NCBI GenBank assembly: GCA_002269645.1
Contig: NIVC01001177.1
Location: 280,131 to 344,130 of the forward strand
Reading direction: 5' to 3'
DNA from: Macrostomum lignano
Taxonomy: Eukaryota
DNA: 64,000 bases
Positions 47,301-59,884 of this stretch are shown in pieces. Below the pieces are notes generated by a model that ran no database searches, was not told the DNA's origin, and saw only the letters and a list, made by a program, of their open reading frames with translations. Every line of letters starts with the position of its first letter. The stretch's first letter is position 1. The translations under genes were made by a program, and so were the position numbers.

Positions 47301-50300
47301 GATTGGTCAGTAGAAATGTACATGTAACACTCTATGGAGCAGAAAAAACCATTAACAACATTCTAAGGGACAAGGTTCGTATTCTCTACTATAAGTAGCT
47401 TAAAAGGACACAACTAAAAAATCGCCTAGCTCCTGCCCTGTCTGGACACGTTGTGCACCGGCTGCTTTGAATCGTGCGCCAAAGACGGCGATCGCCGATG
47501 CTGTCCCGCCTGCAACCACCCGCTGCACCAGTCTACAGCCGAGGCCCGGTCCAACTGGTTCCTAGCCAGTCTGACTAGCGTGAAACTCTGCCAAGAAGAG
47601 GGCGCCAAACAGGTGTGCGACTATTGTCGCTATGAGGAACGTCAGGTGCAAGCCGCCGGGCTCTGCATCGACTGCTCAGACTTTCTATGCTCAGCCTGCA
47701 GCGCCGCTCACGGCAAAACTAAAATGACACGGCATCACAATGTGATGAGTTTCGATGTGAGCTGGGGGAACTGTCACTCAGAAACAGTCGGTATCATTCA
47801 CTAACAACACAATCATTCACCAACAACACAATCATTCACCAACAACACACAAATCATTCACCAACAACACACACAATCATTCACCAACAACACACAATCA
47901 TTCACCAACAACACACACAATCATTCACCAACAACACACAATCATTCACCAACAACACACAATCATTCACCAACAACACACAATCATTCACCAACAACAC
48001 ACAATCATTCACCAACAACACACAATCATTCACCAACAACACACAATCATTCACCAACAACACACAATCATTCACCAACAATACACACTCATTCACCAAC
48101 AACCGAGTAAATCACCAATCGCCAAAACGCACCACCAGGACTTGGCCACCGGCCAAAGCGACGAGCTGATCCGGCAGCACCAGACATTCGAGTGCCCGGA
48201 TCACCCGAACGAGAAGGTGAGCCGGTACTGCGCCACCTGCGACCAGCTGATCTGCCGGGAGTGCCGCGAACAGGGCGGGGAAAGGCACGCCAAGCATCAG
48301 GTGTTCTCAATCGACGAGTTCGGTAGCAAAACTCGCGACTCGCTAATGGGCATGATTGACAATGTCCGAGCGAAAGTGCCCCGCCTGACCGAGTACGGAC
48401 AGTTCCTGGACGAGTACAGACTGTCCGTGGAGCAGTGCCGGATTCAGGTGGCTAGCGAGATCGGCGAGCAGGCGGACCTGCTGCACAAGTGAGTTGCAAT
48501 TCACAGACTGCTCAGAGCTGCAGTTCACAGAGTGCTCAGAGCTACAGTTCACAGAGTGCTCAGAGCTGCAGTTCATAGAGTGCTCAGAGCTACAGTTCAT
48601 AAATTGCTCAGAGCTGCAGTTTATAGACTGCTCAGAGCTGCAGTTCATAAAGTGCTCAGAGCTATAGTTCACAGAGTGCTCAGAGCTACAGTTCACAGAG
48701 TGCTCAGAGCTAGAGCTTTAATTTCACCATGTACTGAAGTATATAAATTATAACGCTACATATCGGCAACTAAAAACCACTAATTCTTAGAATAGTTGAC
48801 GAATGCCGAGACGCCCTGCTCCGCCAGCTGAATGAATCCGTTGCCAAGGAGACGGAAGATGTCGCTAGAAAAGAGGAGAAACTGAGCGACATCAAATCCA
48901 GCATCATTAGCGGATGCGTGTTCGCCGACGCCTTGGTTACTCACGGAAGGTTGGTTGCTTGCAAGCTTGAGTTCTAATTAAAATACGTTAATAGAGCTAC
49001 TGTTAGTAGGCTACTACAAATCGAGTTATCTTTTTTTGTTCCAGAGACGAAGAAATTCTTTGGCTTCAATCGCTGCTGAAAGACAGACTGTCTCAGTTTA
49101 TCTATCTGCAGGTTGAAGGCATTTCTGGTAAGTATTCTCGATTTTATCGTCATGGAGCTTTTGTGGAGTTTAAGCACTTGGGGATTAAATAAAATTTATG
49201 TCCACTGGGTTAAGGTACAAAAATGAGATAGAGTATGGAATGGAGTGTGGGATTCAGTATGGTGCAGAGTGTGGGATCCAGTATGGTGCTGAGTATGGGA
49301 TTGAGTATGGTGCAGAGTGTGGGATCCAGTATGGTGCAGAGTGTGGGATCCAGTATGGTGCAGAGTGTGGGATCCAGTATGGTGCAGAGTGTGGGATCCA
49401 GTATGGTGCAGAGTGTGGGATCCAGTATGGTGCAGAGTGTGGGATCCAGTATAGTGCAGAGTGTGGGATCCAGTATGGTGCAGAGTGTGGGATCCAGTAT
49501 GGTGCAGAGTGTGGGATTGAGTATGGTGCAGAGTGTGGGATCCAGTATGGTGCAGAGTGTGGGATCCAGTATGGTGCAGAGTGTGGGATCCAGTATGGTG
49601 CAGAGTGTGGGATCCAGTATGGTGCAGAGTGTGGGATCCAGTATGGTGCAGAGTGTGAGAAAAAGTATCGGATGGAGTATTTGATAGAGTATGAAATAGA
49701 GCATAGTGTAGAGTGTAGGATAGAGCATAGGATATAGTATGGGATAGAGCATTGTATAGAGTATGGGATAGAGCATAGGGTATAGTATGGGATAGAGCAT
49801 AGGGTATAGTATGGGATAGAACATAGTATAGAATGGGATAGAGCATAGGATCAGTATGGAATAGAGCATAGGATAGAGTATGAGATAAAGCATAGGGTAG
49901 AGTGTAGGATAGAGCATAGGGTAGAGTATGGGAGTGGGATTGAGCATGGGATAAATTAGGATAAAGTAAAGGAGAGAATATGGGATGTAAATAAGACAGG
50001 CCACGGTGTAACTATTTGAGCATGTAATTAACTAGTGCAGAAAAGCAGAATCAATGATTGCTACTTCAGCAGTAGTCTAATTCGCACGTGTCTACATGAA
50101 CCCACATGCAATGTTTGTCAAGGCAAGCTCAGCGCAGTATTCAATCCCGGCATTTCGCCGGAGCGATCGCTGCCGATTTTATTCGGCAAGCTGAACTTGG
50201 CGCATCACCCGCTGATGAAGGAGGCAACTGGCTCAGCAACATCGCAGGGTATGGGAGCCGCGGCGGCGGCTTCTGGCGGGATTTTCTCGCCAAATGTCAC

Positions 50301-52912
50301 CTCCGTAAGGTTGTCGAGCGGGCATCAACAGGCGGCCGGCGGTTCCGTTGCTATGGCAACTAAATCGGCTGCTGCCGTGAACGGGCTGGGATCCGGAGTA
50401 GCCTCGATGCTGCCGCAGGGGGTTCGACCCCTCACCGAGCCTGCGGTGCTGCTGTCGAGGGCTCAGCTGGTGCTCGAGTTTGAGGCCAAATCTCCGTTGG
50501 ATACTCGGTGAGGACCGACTGGGAATATTGGTGAATCGGGTGTGGGGTTGGTGAATCGGGTGTGGGGTTGGTGAATCGGGTGTTGGTGAATCGGGTGTAG
50601 GATTGGTGAATCAGGTGTGGGCTGGTGAATCGGGTGTTGGTGAATCGGGTGAAGGATTGGTGAATCAGGTGTGGGGTTGGTGAATCGGGTGTTGGTAAAT
50701 CGGGTGAAGGATTGGTGAATCAGGTGTGGAGTTGGTGAATCAGGTGTTGGTGAATCGGGTGAAGAATTGGTGAATCGGGTGTGGGGTTGGTGAATCAGGT
50801 GTAGGATTGGTGAATCAGGTATGGGATTGGTGAATCGAGTGTGGGGTTGGTGAATCGGGTGTGAGGTTGGTGAATCGGGTGTAGGCATAAATAAATATAG
50901 ACTTGAGCACCCTGACGCAACGCCTTCAGCAACATCGTCCCATTCCGCTGACTCATACTCAAGGTGTTCAAGAGCTCACACAGGGTGTACGCTCGTCCAG
51001 CGGCCCTGACTTTTTAATAGTTGGACATGTACACTCTCTGCGCCGTAGGGGTTGGCCCTCATGGTTTCGAATCTCATGACAATCCAATTTGGTTAAAGTG
51101 CATATTTTAAGTTGCTAAACCCTCGCGTCACCGCCTACCCCCGCAGCGACATCTGGCCTACTGGGTTAGCCATCAGCGAGACCACTGGGGACTACTTCGT
51201 GCTGGACAGGGACAACAAGTGCGTGAAGTCGTTCGACCGTCAGGGTCGCTACCGGATGGAGTTCGGCTGCCCCGGCAGCGGCGACGGCTCGCTGTCCAGC
51301 CCCTATGACTTGGCCATCCTTGAGGAGCGACTGATTCTGGTCACCGACTATCAGCACGAGGCGATCAAAGCCTACAGCATGCAGGGCAAGTACCTGACCA
51401 CTTACAGGGGCCCGTTCAAGCATCCGAGAGGCATAGCGGCTATGAGAGGCCGCCAGTTTGTGGTGGCCGACTGCCGAATGCGGCAGCTCACTGTGCACGA
51501 CGGCGATTCGGGCAATTTGGTTCGAACAATCCGGTCTGAAGGCCTGTTCACTGATCCCTATTACGTAGCGGTTACGCACGATGACGTCATCGTGGTAACG
51601 GATTGGGCGGCGCCGAATTTGAAATTGTTCGACTTTCAGGTTTGTTATACTCTTTTAATAATTCATCGTATAATTAGATAGGAACTTCCGAAATGTATTA
51701 AAGACAATTTCTTAGAAGATTTCTAGATTTCTTAGAATAGAAAAAAAATTCTTAGAGCGGCGACTTCAAAGAGTAAATTCATTTTGACTATTTTTTAAAC
51801 CTGCGAGAGTCAAACGTTTACTTCTTTAATCAACTATCCCTTTCTTAGAATCAAAATGGGATTTAATAGAATCAATAAATTATTTGTTAGAAGCAACGGA
51901 TAATTTGTTAGAATCAACGAGGGAATTGCTTTAATCAACAAATGATTTGTTTAGATTAGAATCAACGGATGATTTTTTGGAACCAATGAAATATTTTGTA
52001 AAAATTGAAATATGATTTGTTAAAAACAACGCAGGATTTGTTTTAATTAACGAATGATTTGTTAAAATCAACGAAGGATATGTTTTATTCAACGAATGAT
52101 TTGTTAAAATCAACGAAGGATTTGTTTTATTCAACGAATGATTTCTTAAAATCAACGAAGGATTTGTTTTAATCAACGAATGATTTGTTAAAATCAACGA
52201 AGGATTTGTTTTATTCAACGAATGATTTGTTAAAATCAACGATTTGTTTGAATCAACGAATGATTTGTTAAAATCAACGAAGGATTTGTTTTAATCAACG
52301 AATTTGTTTTAATCAACGAATGATTTGTTAAAATCAACGAAGATTTGTTAAAATCAACGAAGGATTTGTTAGAATCAACGGATTGGTTAGAATCAATGAA
52401 GGATTTGTTTTAATCAACGAATGATGTTAAAATCAACAAAGGATTTGTTAAAATTAATAACGGATTTGTTAGAATCAACGGGTTTGTTAGAATCAACGGA
52501 TTTGTTAGAATAAACTGGATTTGTTAGAATAAACGGATTCGTTAGAATCAACGAATGATTTGGTAGAATCATCGATATATGCTTTTAGGAGAAACGGTAT
52601 AATTTTTATTCAAATTAATTTTATTAACCTCGCTCGCAGGGCAATTTAATTGGCCAAGCCGGTAGCTATGGCAACGGCAACGATCAGGTTTTGCAACCCT
52701 ACGGAGTGGCCAGCGACACCAGCGGCCAGGTGATGGTGGCGGACAACAGCAACCATCGAATTCACCTGCTGGGCAGCGACGGTCGCTTCGTGAAATTTGT
52801 TGTTAGCAAATTCGACGGCCTGTGGCACCCCATGGCGATAGCCGTGACACCTGAGGGTTACCTGGCTGTCACCGAGGCGCTGGGCAAGGTCAAGGTGTTT
52901 AAGTACATGTGA
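44314..52912 (+). CDS. TRIM-NHL protein (RING, B-box1, B-box2, coiled coil, NHL repeats), about 899 aa, 9 exons
   Basis: Exons 44314-44374 (less certain), 46329-46897, 47430-47756, 48139-48488, 48791-48949, 49045-49127, 50123-50507, 51147-51639, 52640-52912; GT-AG and phase-consistent. RING CRKC..PCLDTLCTGC..CPAC, B-boxes CDYC..CIDC..LCSAC..H and CPDH..YCATC..ICREC..H, NHL PTGLAI, PYDLAI, PRGIA, PYYVAV, PYGVA, PMAIAV. Confidence 0.9.
44480..45845. repeat. 20-bp then 31-bp minisatellite (GGGGAGATTCTGAGATGCCAATTGACTCAAT), TRIM intron 1
   Basis: Tandem copies; unit lengthens along the array. Confidence 0.94.
47000..47335. repeat. About 40-bp minisatellite (GTACACTCTATGGGGGTGAGGGAGAATGGTCAGTAGGAAT), TRIM intron 2
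   Basis: About 8 copies. Confidence 0.92.
47795..48105. repeat. 21-bp minisatellite (TCATTCACCAACAACACACAA), TRIM intron 3
   Basis: Tandem copies visible. Confidence 0.94.
48500..48715. repeat. 24-bp minisatellite (CAGAGTGCTCAGAGCTGCAGTTCA), TRIM intron 4
   Basis: About 9 copies. Confidence 0.92.
49235..49950. repeat. 24-bp minisatellites (GTATGGTGCAGAGTGTGGGATCCA, then GAGCATAGGGTATAGTATGGGATA), TRIM intron 6
   Basis: Tandem copies visible. Confidence 0.93.
50530..50885. repeat. About 20-bp minisatellite (GGTGAATCGGGTGTGGGGTT), TRIM intron 7
   Basis: Tandem copies visible. Confidence 0.92.
50974..51097 (-). mobile_element. Short interspersed repeat (family 2), second copy
   Basis: Similar to 20971-21092; minus strand carries B-box-like GAGATTCGAAACC. 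Confidence 0.65.
51990..52560. repeat. AATCAACGAA-core minisatellite, TRIM intron 8
   Basis: Tandem AATCAACGAAGGATTTGTT and AATCAACGAATGATTTGTT variants. Confidence 0.9.
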
Positions 52913-53434
52913 ACTCATTAGTACAGCCGATTTTAACTATTACTTAAATTTCCATTGAATTTTCAATATCACAAATTTTATCAATTTCGATATCTCATTT
53001 TTTTTAAATGTTTACATTTCTACTTACAGTAGCTAAATTATACAGCGGTAGTAAGTTTTTATGAGTAACACTTAAAATATTGCTATATTAAATATTGGCT
53101 AGTCTAGTATTTCTAGTATTTCTGTTCTTGAAATTTTCGAAATTAATACTTTAAAGGGATGTTGTCAGACAGCTCATCACATTTAATTGTGTATGAAGTC
53201 TATCCTCAACAATGTCGTTTAACTAAAAATTTGATTTACTAATCGTTAGAAAAAAGAACTTATTACTAATACTTCTTTCACTTATAAAGTAACTTTTTGT
53301 GAAATTTTAAAATAAAAAATACATGGAAGTCCTCAAACTTCATACTGCACTTACTTGAAAAAAAACATATTGTTTTTAAATTAAATTAAGTTTATAATCT
53401 GAATTACACAATTGATAATTCACGTAGCATAGTA

Positions 53435-53730
53435 GATAATCCACACCCCAGTTGATATTGATAATCCCTATCCCACAGTTGATAATCCACATCCCACAGT
53501 TGATAATCCACAACCCAGTTGATAATCCACAACCCAGTTGATAATCCACATCCCAGTTGATAATCCACATCCCACAGTTGATAATCCCCATCCCATAGTT
53601 GAAAATCCGCATCCCGGAGTTGATAATCCCCATCCCACAGTTGATAATCCACATCCCACAGTTGATAATCCCCATCCCACAGTTGATAATCCCCATCCCA
53701 TAGTTGATAATCCACACCCCAAAGTTGATA
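53435..53730. repeat. 21-bp minisatellite (GATAATCCACATCCCACAGTT)
   Basis: Tandem copies between the TRIM and claudin 3' ends. Confidence 0.92.
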
Positions 53731-54703
53731 AACAGAAATAAATAAATATTTTAAGTCCCTTTGCATAAGCTTTTAGTAGACTGGAGGAAAAACAAACAAT
53801 AAGAGTGTTTCAAATTACTTTGCTTATAATTGGTGGTCAGTGCAAAGAACCAATTTTAATAACTATACGACAACTAGAATCAATTAGCAAATTAATAAAT
53901 AGTAAGCATAATGTAAATGAGATTACTAAAAGTAGAACAGCCACTTCATCATAGTAGAATAAAAAAACAACAAAGGCAAAAAGAAACAGCTGTTAACCAT
54001 GACTAAATTAAAACTTTTTCAAGAGATTTCTAATAACAAATTGATTTGAAAATTAGATACAAAAAACTATTATAATGTACTGGAATGTTCTTACGTTGTT
54101 CAAAAGTCTCGGAATAATAAAAATTATTGCAAAAAAGCAAACTTTTGTTTTGACCAGATTTAAACAAAAATGTTGGGATTGCACGCTTACAACAACAGAA
54201 ATAATTTACAAAATGACTGCAGTAATAAAACAAAAAAATTTATAGACTGAAGTTACATCTAAATATACTTAAATCTTTAATATTTGTTTGTATGCTTGTC
54301 AATTACTAAAAACTGATCAATTAATGGATGAAAAAGCGAATTTCGAATTCGCAGTACTTTTTCCGGGTTTACGTAAAAAGTACTTAAAGATACGTTATAT
54401 CAAGATTGGTTGCTTAAACACATAATAAAACCCCAATGTTCAAGTAGCCTAATTTATCGGATAGGCTGATCGATTAGAAAAAAATCGATTTTCCGGGTTT
54501 CCGTAATTTTTAGTATACGTTATAACAAAAGTTCAACAATATTATTTTTTAAATAGCTAATTTATCAGATAGTTTGATTAATTAGAAAAAAGTTAACAAA
54601 ACTTCTGGCGCCAATTTAAATCGTATCGATTAGTTTCTAGCGCAGAAATTTGTTCGCACTCAGTTCGGACAATAAATTGCCATCCCAGTCCTAATTATTG
54701 ATT

Positions 54704-57700
54704 TCAATAGCCTCTATAAGGCTGCTGCTGAGTGAAGCCGCTATGCAGTGACATTGTGTACGGCTGCTGCTGTTGCTGCCTGGATGTGCCAGCGGCATAG
54801 ACAGAACCAGCTGCTGACATTGTAGGCGGTCGACTCGGAGCCTGGCCATAAGCGTAGGCCTCCGACCCGTGACCAGTGACGGCTGCGTACTGCCGTCTCT
54901 CCACCTGCTCGTCGCTATTCGACACAAAATACAAAAACACGCAGCTGATTGCGCTGATGAAGCAGGACAGGACGGCGAAGGCGAATGACCAGGACAGGTG
55001 GTTGTGATCCGGCCTGGGCATCCAGTCGCGGTCGTCAACTTTGACGCCGAACACAATCAGGCCGACTAGCAGGAACAGCGCGGCGATGGCTTGGGTGCCA
55101 AGGCAGATGGACGACTCCGCGTGCCGGTTGCCAACCAGCAGGAAGTGGAACAGGATGCACACCAGGCTGACGCAGTGCGAGATGAAGGCCAAGCCGCAGA
55201 GCACCTGTACGGCGATGAACCATGGCGGGTCGATCCATTCCCAGATGCCGCGGTTCCACAGATTCCAGTCAAAGATCCAATAGCATCCGGTCCATTCTAT
55301 GCCGAAATTGTCCTGCAGTGAGTGAGAGTCAACAAAAATTTATTAAATACACAAGTATTTACCGATATATTTAAGAAAAGCATGACAGAAAGTTCCTAGT
55401 TTCTTAGCAATGTTTCTTTTACTTTGCAAAATAATTTCAATGTATAACTTTTGTTTTAATGTAAAATATACCTGAAAAATATTTATTACATGAATTAATT
55501 ATTTACATAGGAAGGTGTAGTGGAAATAAACTACCAAGAAAGATACTGGGAAAGTATTAATTGCAATTGCAAAACCTGATATTCAAAGACTAAGGCTTTA
55601 GTGCTGTGACCCTCTAATTTTGGTAATGCCTAGGACTGGAGATAATACACACCATATTCAGGCCTACAGGATCAAGGATTATAATATGATGCTACCAAAA
55701 TTGTACTAAGATGCTACCATACAAATATTGGTAGTCAGCTGACATTACTGACAAAGTAGAGTATAACGACCTACATGTAGTACAACTTGGTATCAGCTTT
55801 TGGGATAAAAGTTAGCCCTGTTTTAACTTTGGTAGCATTAATGGATTAAGAGGGAAGTAAAACCTCTGAGACATAGTGTTGTGTGGTTTTTTGTAGTTCA
55901 TTTTTTTTCTTTTAAGGGCCTGTGTTTATTGTGGTGATGCATGAAATTTTGTCACATTAAACTATAACATTTAATAATAACTGTTAGCTTTATGTCAGTT
56001 ATGAGTCATTTTGTTTTTATTTGTGCAAATGTTTAACACTAACAAATTTACAATAAACTGATATCATTCACTGTTTTTCATTAAATAAAAACAAACTAGA
56101 AAGGCACATTTTCTAGGTATTCTTTGGAACAAAAAATTGTATGCTAGTTTTGTTTCTGTGTAAGCTACTCGTATAATAGGAATTATCTAATACTGATCCA
56201 TCTATAGTTAGACAATTTTGGCAAATTAAAAGTTAGTTATGGCTAACTATTTTTTGTTATATTAATCATATTAAAAAGCTATTCTAAATAATTCCCACTG
56301 TCAAAGATGGCCTAAAAATAAAAGTGCATAAAATCATCTTGTTTCATTTATACTACTGCATACTTACATATTTGAATTATAAACTTTAGGATCATTTATA
56401 TATTATGCCATTCTTTTTTAATAATTCTCTCTAAGCCATTTTTTATTACCCTTAGTATAGGTTATATAAATTAAAAAATTATCAATAAAAATATTTAAAT
56501 CATATTTGAAGCAAAGCTAACATAAGGTAATTAAAACCTCAAAGGGACTATTTACTACTATTTTCCTTTTTACTTTTATAGCCTTTTTATGTATCTAAAC
56601 CAAAAAATCTATATATTTTAAGCAAAAAAATTGTATCTTCTACTTGGCATCTTTTTAAAAAGAAAATTAAATAAATAATGTATAATAAAATGCCTTTTAT
56701 CATCATAAATCTAACCCAGACTATTTACTAGAAACAAACTACAAAAGCACGTTGATTATGCATCATAATTTTTTAAAATAAGACAAAATATTAATTAAAA
56801 TACTATAATTGCAAAAAAATCTAACTTAAAAGGCAATAACTTAAACATTGCTTTTGGATAGACTTTTGATTAACATAAATTACAAGGGGTGTCCCAAAAG
56901 TAGTGTTACTTTTCACTATATCTCTTGTTCTACTGATCCAAATAATATCATTTTGCACAGATTTATAGCAGCAACTCTCTTCTTCATATTAACTTTACCA
57001 TCATAAAAAAACAGACAATGGAAACAAAAGTTATGAACTAAAATGTAGCAGGACCTCGACTATACACTTATAGTAAGTAAGTAAGTTAACAAAATTTCAA
57101 AGTGGTAGCTCACAAATGGGTAACTGCCTGCAGTGAATGCTGCAAAATGACTATAGTAAATGACTGCTAAGACCTATGAGCAAATGAAAGTTGAGCTCAA
57201 CTGTGTCCTATCCCCCAAAGGGTATATAACATACTCCTCTGAGCAACACTTGAATGCATATCCCTGACTTTTAGTGTATCAGGAGGAGAGAAAAAAAAGC
57301 AATAAAGCTGAAGCCTAGTTTGAAATATTCTGTTGCTTTAAAAACTATATGCTTCTCTAAGTTTTTCCATAGATATCTCTTTGTCACAGTAGCCTAACAA
57401 AGAAGTCTGAGTTCATTCAATCAAAAGTAGGCCTACTTTTGCTACTTTACGCTAGCTAGACGCTAGTCAAATTACTGTAAGTCTATGGTCGAGGTCCTGC
57501 TACATTTTAGTTCATAACTTGTTTTCATTGTCTGTTTTTAATAATGGTAAATTTAATATGAAGAGGCCACTAAAAATCTGTGCAAAATGATGTTATTTGG
57601 ATCAGCAGAATGAGAGATATAGTGAAAAGTAACACTACTTTTGGGACACCCCTCATAACTTGGCAATTGCATAGTTATTCAGAGTTTAGAATTTGAAACA

Positions 57701-58159
57701 ACTAAGATCTTAAGAAGTTCGTCTTAGTATCATTAACACAGTTCTAGCTAGGCCTATCATGACAAAGTCAAAGATATATTATACAAATACACTATAAATT
57801 CTTAGTTTAATAAATAAAATCTACTAAGATTTTTTTACAATTTTTTGCACTCATTTTACAATTATTAATGAGTAGATTTAGATTGTTCTGACATTAATAT
57901 ACTAATTAGTTAAAACATACTGAATAATTTACTTATTTACCTTTGGATGAATAAACCTATCGAAGCAAACGGACCACAGACCAACTCTTAGAAATGTACT
58001 TCGAGTCTCTGGATAAGACTCTAACCAGTAAGGGCTACAAAAGGATAGAAAGTGTAGCAGGATACTTCCGAGTGTCGTGCCAATAGCCATATTGAGCGGC
58101 AAATCGTAGTATGGCGTGCCATGCGGAATAGGATATGACCTCTTTTCAGGCTGTCGCAT
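54704..58159 (-). CDS. Invertebrate claudin-like tetraspan protein (PMP22/claudin superfamily, Pickel/Kune-kune-like), about 275 aa, 2 exons
   Basis: Exons 58159-57941 and 55312-54704, phase-0 GT-AG intron. SPYW..GLWSVC..GCYWIF first loop, PPWFIAVQ, four hydrophobic segments, DRDWMPRPDHNHLSWSF second loop. Confidence 0.88.
56883..57655. mobile_element. Non-autonomous Tc1/mariner-type element (MITE) with about 190-bp TIRs
   Basis: TA|CAAGGGGTGTCCCAAAAGTAGTGTTACTTTTCAC at the left end and ..TTTTGGGACACCCCTCA|TA at the right; inverted arms about 56883-57075 and 57474-57655; TA on both sides; no transposase. Confidence 0.9.
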
Positions 58160-59815
58160 TTTGTAAACAAATTGCTGATTTTTACTGCATTATAGACCAG
58201 TTCTCACGAAATATTAAGCCAATCTCAGACTGACAAACCGACTAGAGTTCCGAGTCTTAAGCTCAAAATGAATGCGGAACTGAAAAGTTAAAAAATACTT
58301 TAATCCAGATTACCATACTAGTAACAATTATGTTTATAAACAATGTGTTAGCTAAATTTATTTTATACTAAGAAAACATTTGTCGAAAATAAAACCTGTA
58401 GGCCTAGTTTTTTTGTTGTAAGAAAAATTTGTTTGTTTTGTAACCGCAAAAATGTAAGCTCGTAAAAGCTGTTATTTATTTGTAAACCAGCAAATTAATT
58501 AATACATTTACTAGACCAAAAACTTGATGTATGCAATGATAATGACAACCAGAAAAAAAACAAAAAAATGTATTGGGACTTTGCATTGTATATTATACGC
58601 GTACGCTCGTAACTGTGGAATTTTCTGAAAACTTATTTGAGGGGAGCCATGTATAAAAGGCGTTGTACCTTTGTGAAAGGCATGTCATTGATTGCTATCG
58701 ATTTTTTAAAGTCAGAGTAAGCTCATGTGCGTAAAAATCGTATCAACCTAATACAATAATGCACAAGTTATGTAATTCGGACATCTGAGACCCGGCCGGA
58801 ACGGAGGAGATGCGGATACATGTATTCGTGAGCACAAAGTTCAGAGCCACAGTTGGTTGCGAGTATACAACTCGCTACAGCTGCTTGGCAGCACGCCAAG
58901 TCTCAACTGTGGCTGCTACATCTGGTTTGGCGCGTTCGCGACCTGCCCGATGAGCAAGGCACAAAAGCTCTCACTCTAATCAGCACCTCAAGGGTTCCTC
59001 TCGGTAGTTATTACCCGACTGCGACTACCGGCTCAGCACAGGGAGTCGCCAGCTTGCCCAGCAGCCACTTTCCTTCTCTGCTCATCCCTTGCTCAGTTGA
59101 TGAGCAACATCTCAGAATGAGAAACTCACAAATGAAAAAAATTTCTTTCCAAGAAATCACCAAGGCGGAAACCAATGTAAAAATTAAGATTTTGAATAAA
59201 TAACTGAAGTAACGCTATGTTCATTAATATGTTAATAACGGCAAGTTTTGTTATCAAAGTTTATTTATTAGTTTATTAGTTCTACAGCATAATAAATGTA
59301 GCTTACATATGAAGGCCGTTATTGTTGTGACAGATATGCAATGGTGACTACTAATAGCAGTATTGTTCTGAGAGATTGGCTTAAAAATCAATATTAGAAT
59401 ATCAAGACAAAAAATAAAGAAAATAACTTAATTTCGAAACAGATATTTGTAGCAAAAAGAATTGTGGCTGGAATGGAGTTAACGGAAATCAAGAAGCCCC
59501 TACTAAAGCAATTTCTAAGAAAATTCAAGTCACTCTTCAGCGGCTGACCCGGGGAAATAACCCACCGGAAAAAATTCCCCGGTGTGGTAAAAAAACCGCG
59601 AGCAACCGCGGGCAGTGAGGATCGGAGCTCAGCAGGTCAAAGCTGCAGCATCTCACGTGTTTAACACCTGATTCTTCATCACGCATGAGGCTACCTGGGT
59701 GCTATTATTCATCATTCAGTGACAGCCATCTGATTGTAAAATAAAATCAAGTACATTTCCCCTTGCTGACAACTCAATGCCCCGTAGCAAAATAATTGCT
59801 ATTAGGAGAGAGCTT

Positions 59816-59818
<3 letters not shown>

Positions 59819-59881
<63 letters not shown>
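59819..59881. repeat. (GA)n microsatellite
   Basis: About 31 GA units. Confidence 0.98.

Positions 59882-59884
<3 letters not shown>

Noticed and set aside
54355-54600. Imperfect direct duplication of about 130 bp downstream of the claudin stop
   Set aside because: Degenerate AT-rich local duplication with no terminal or coding features.
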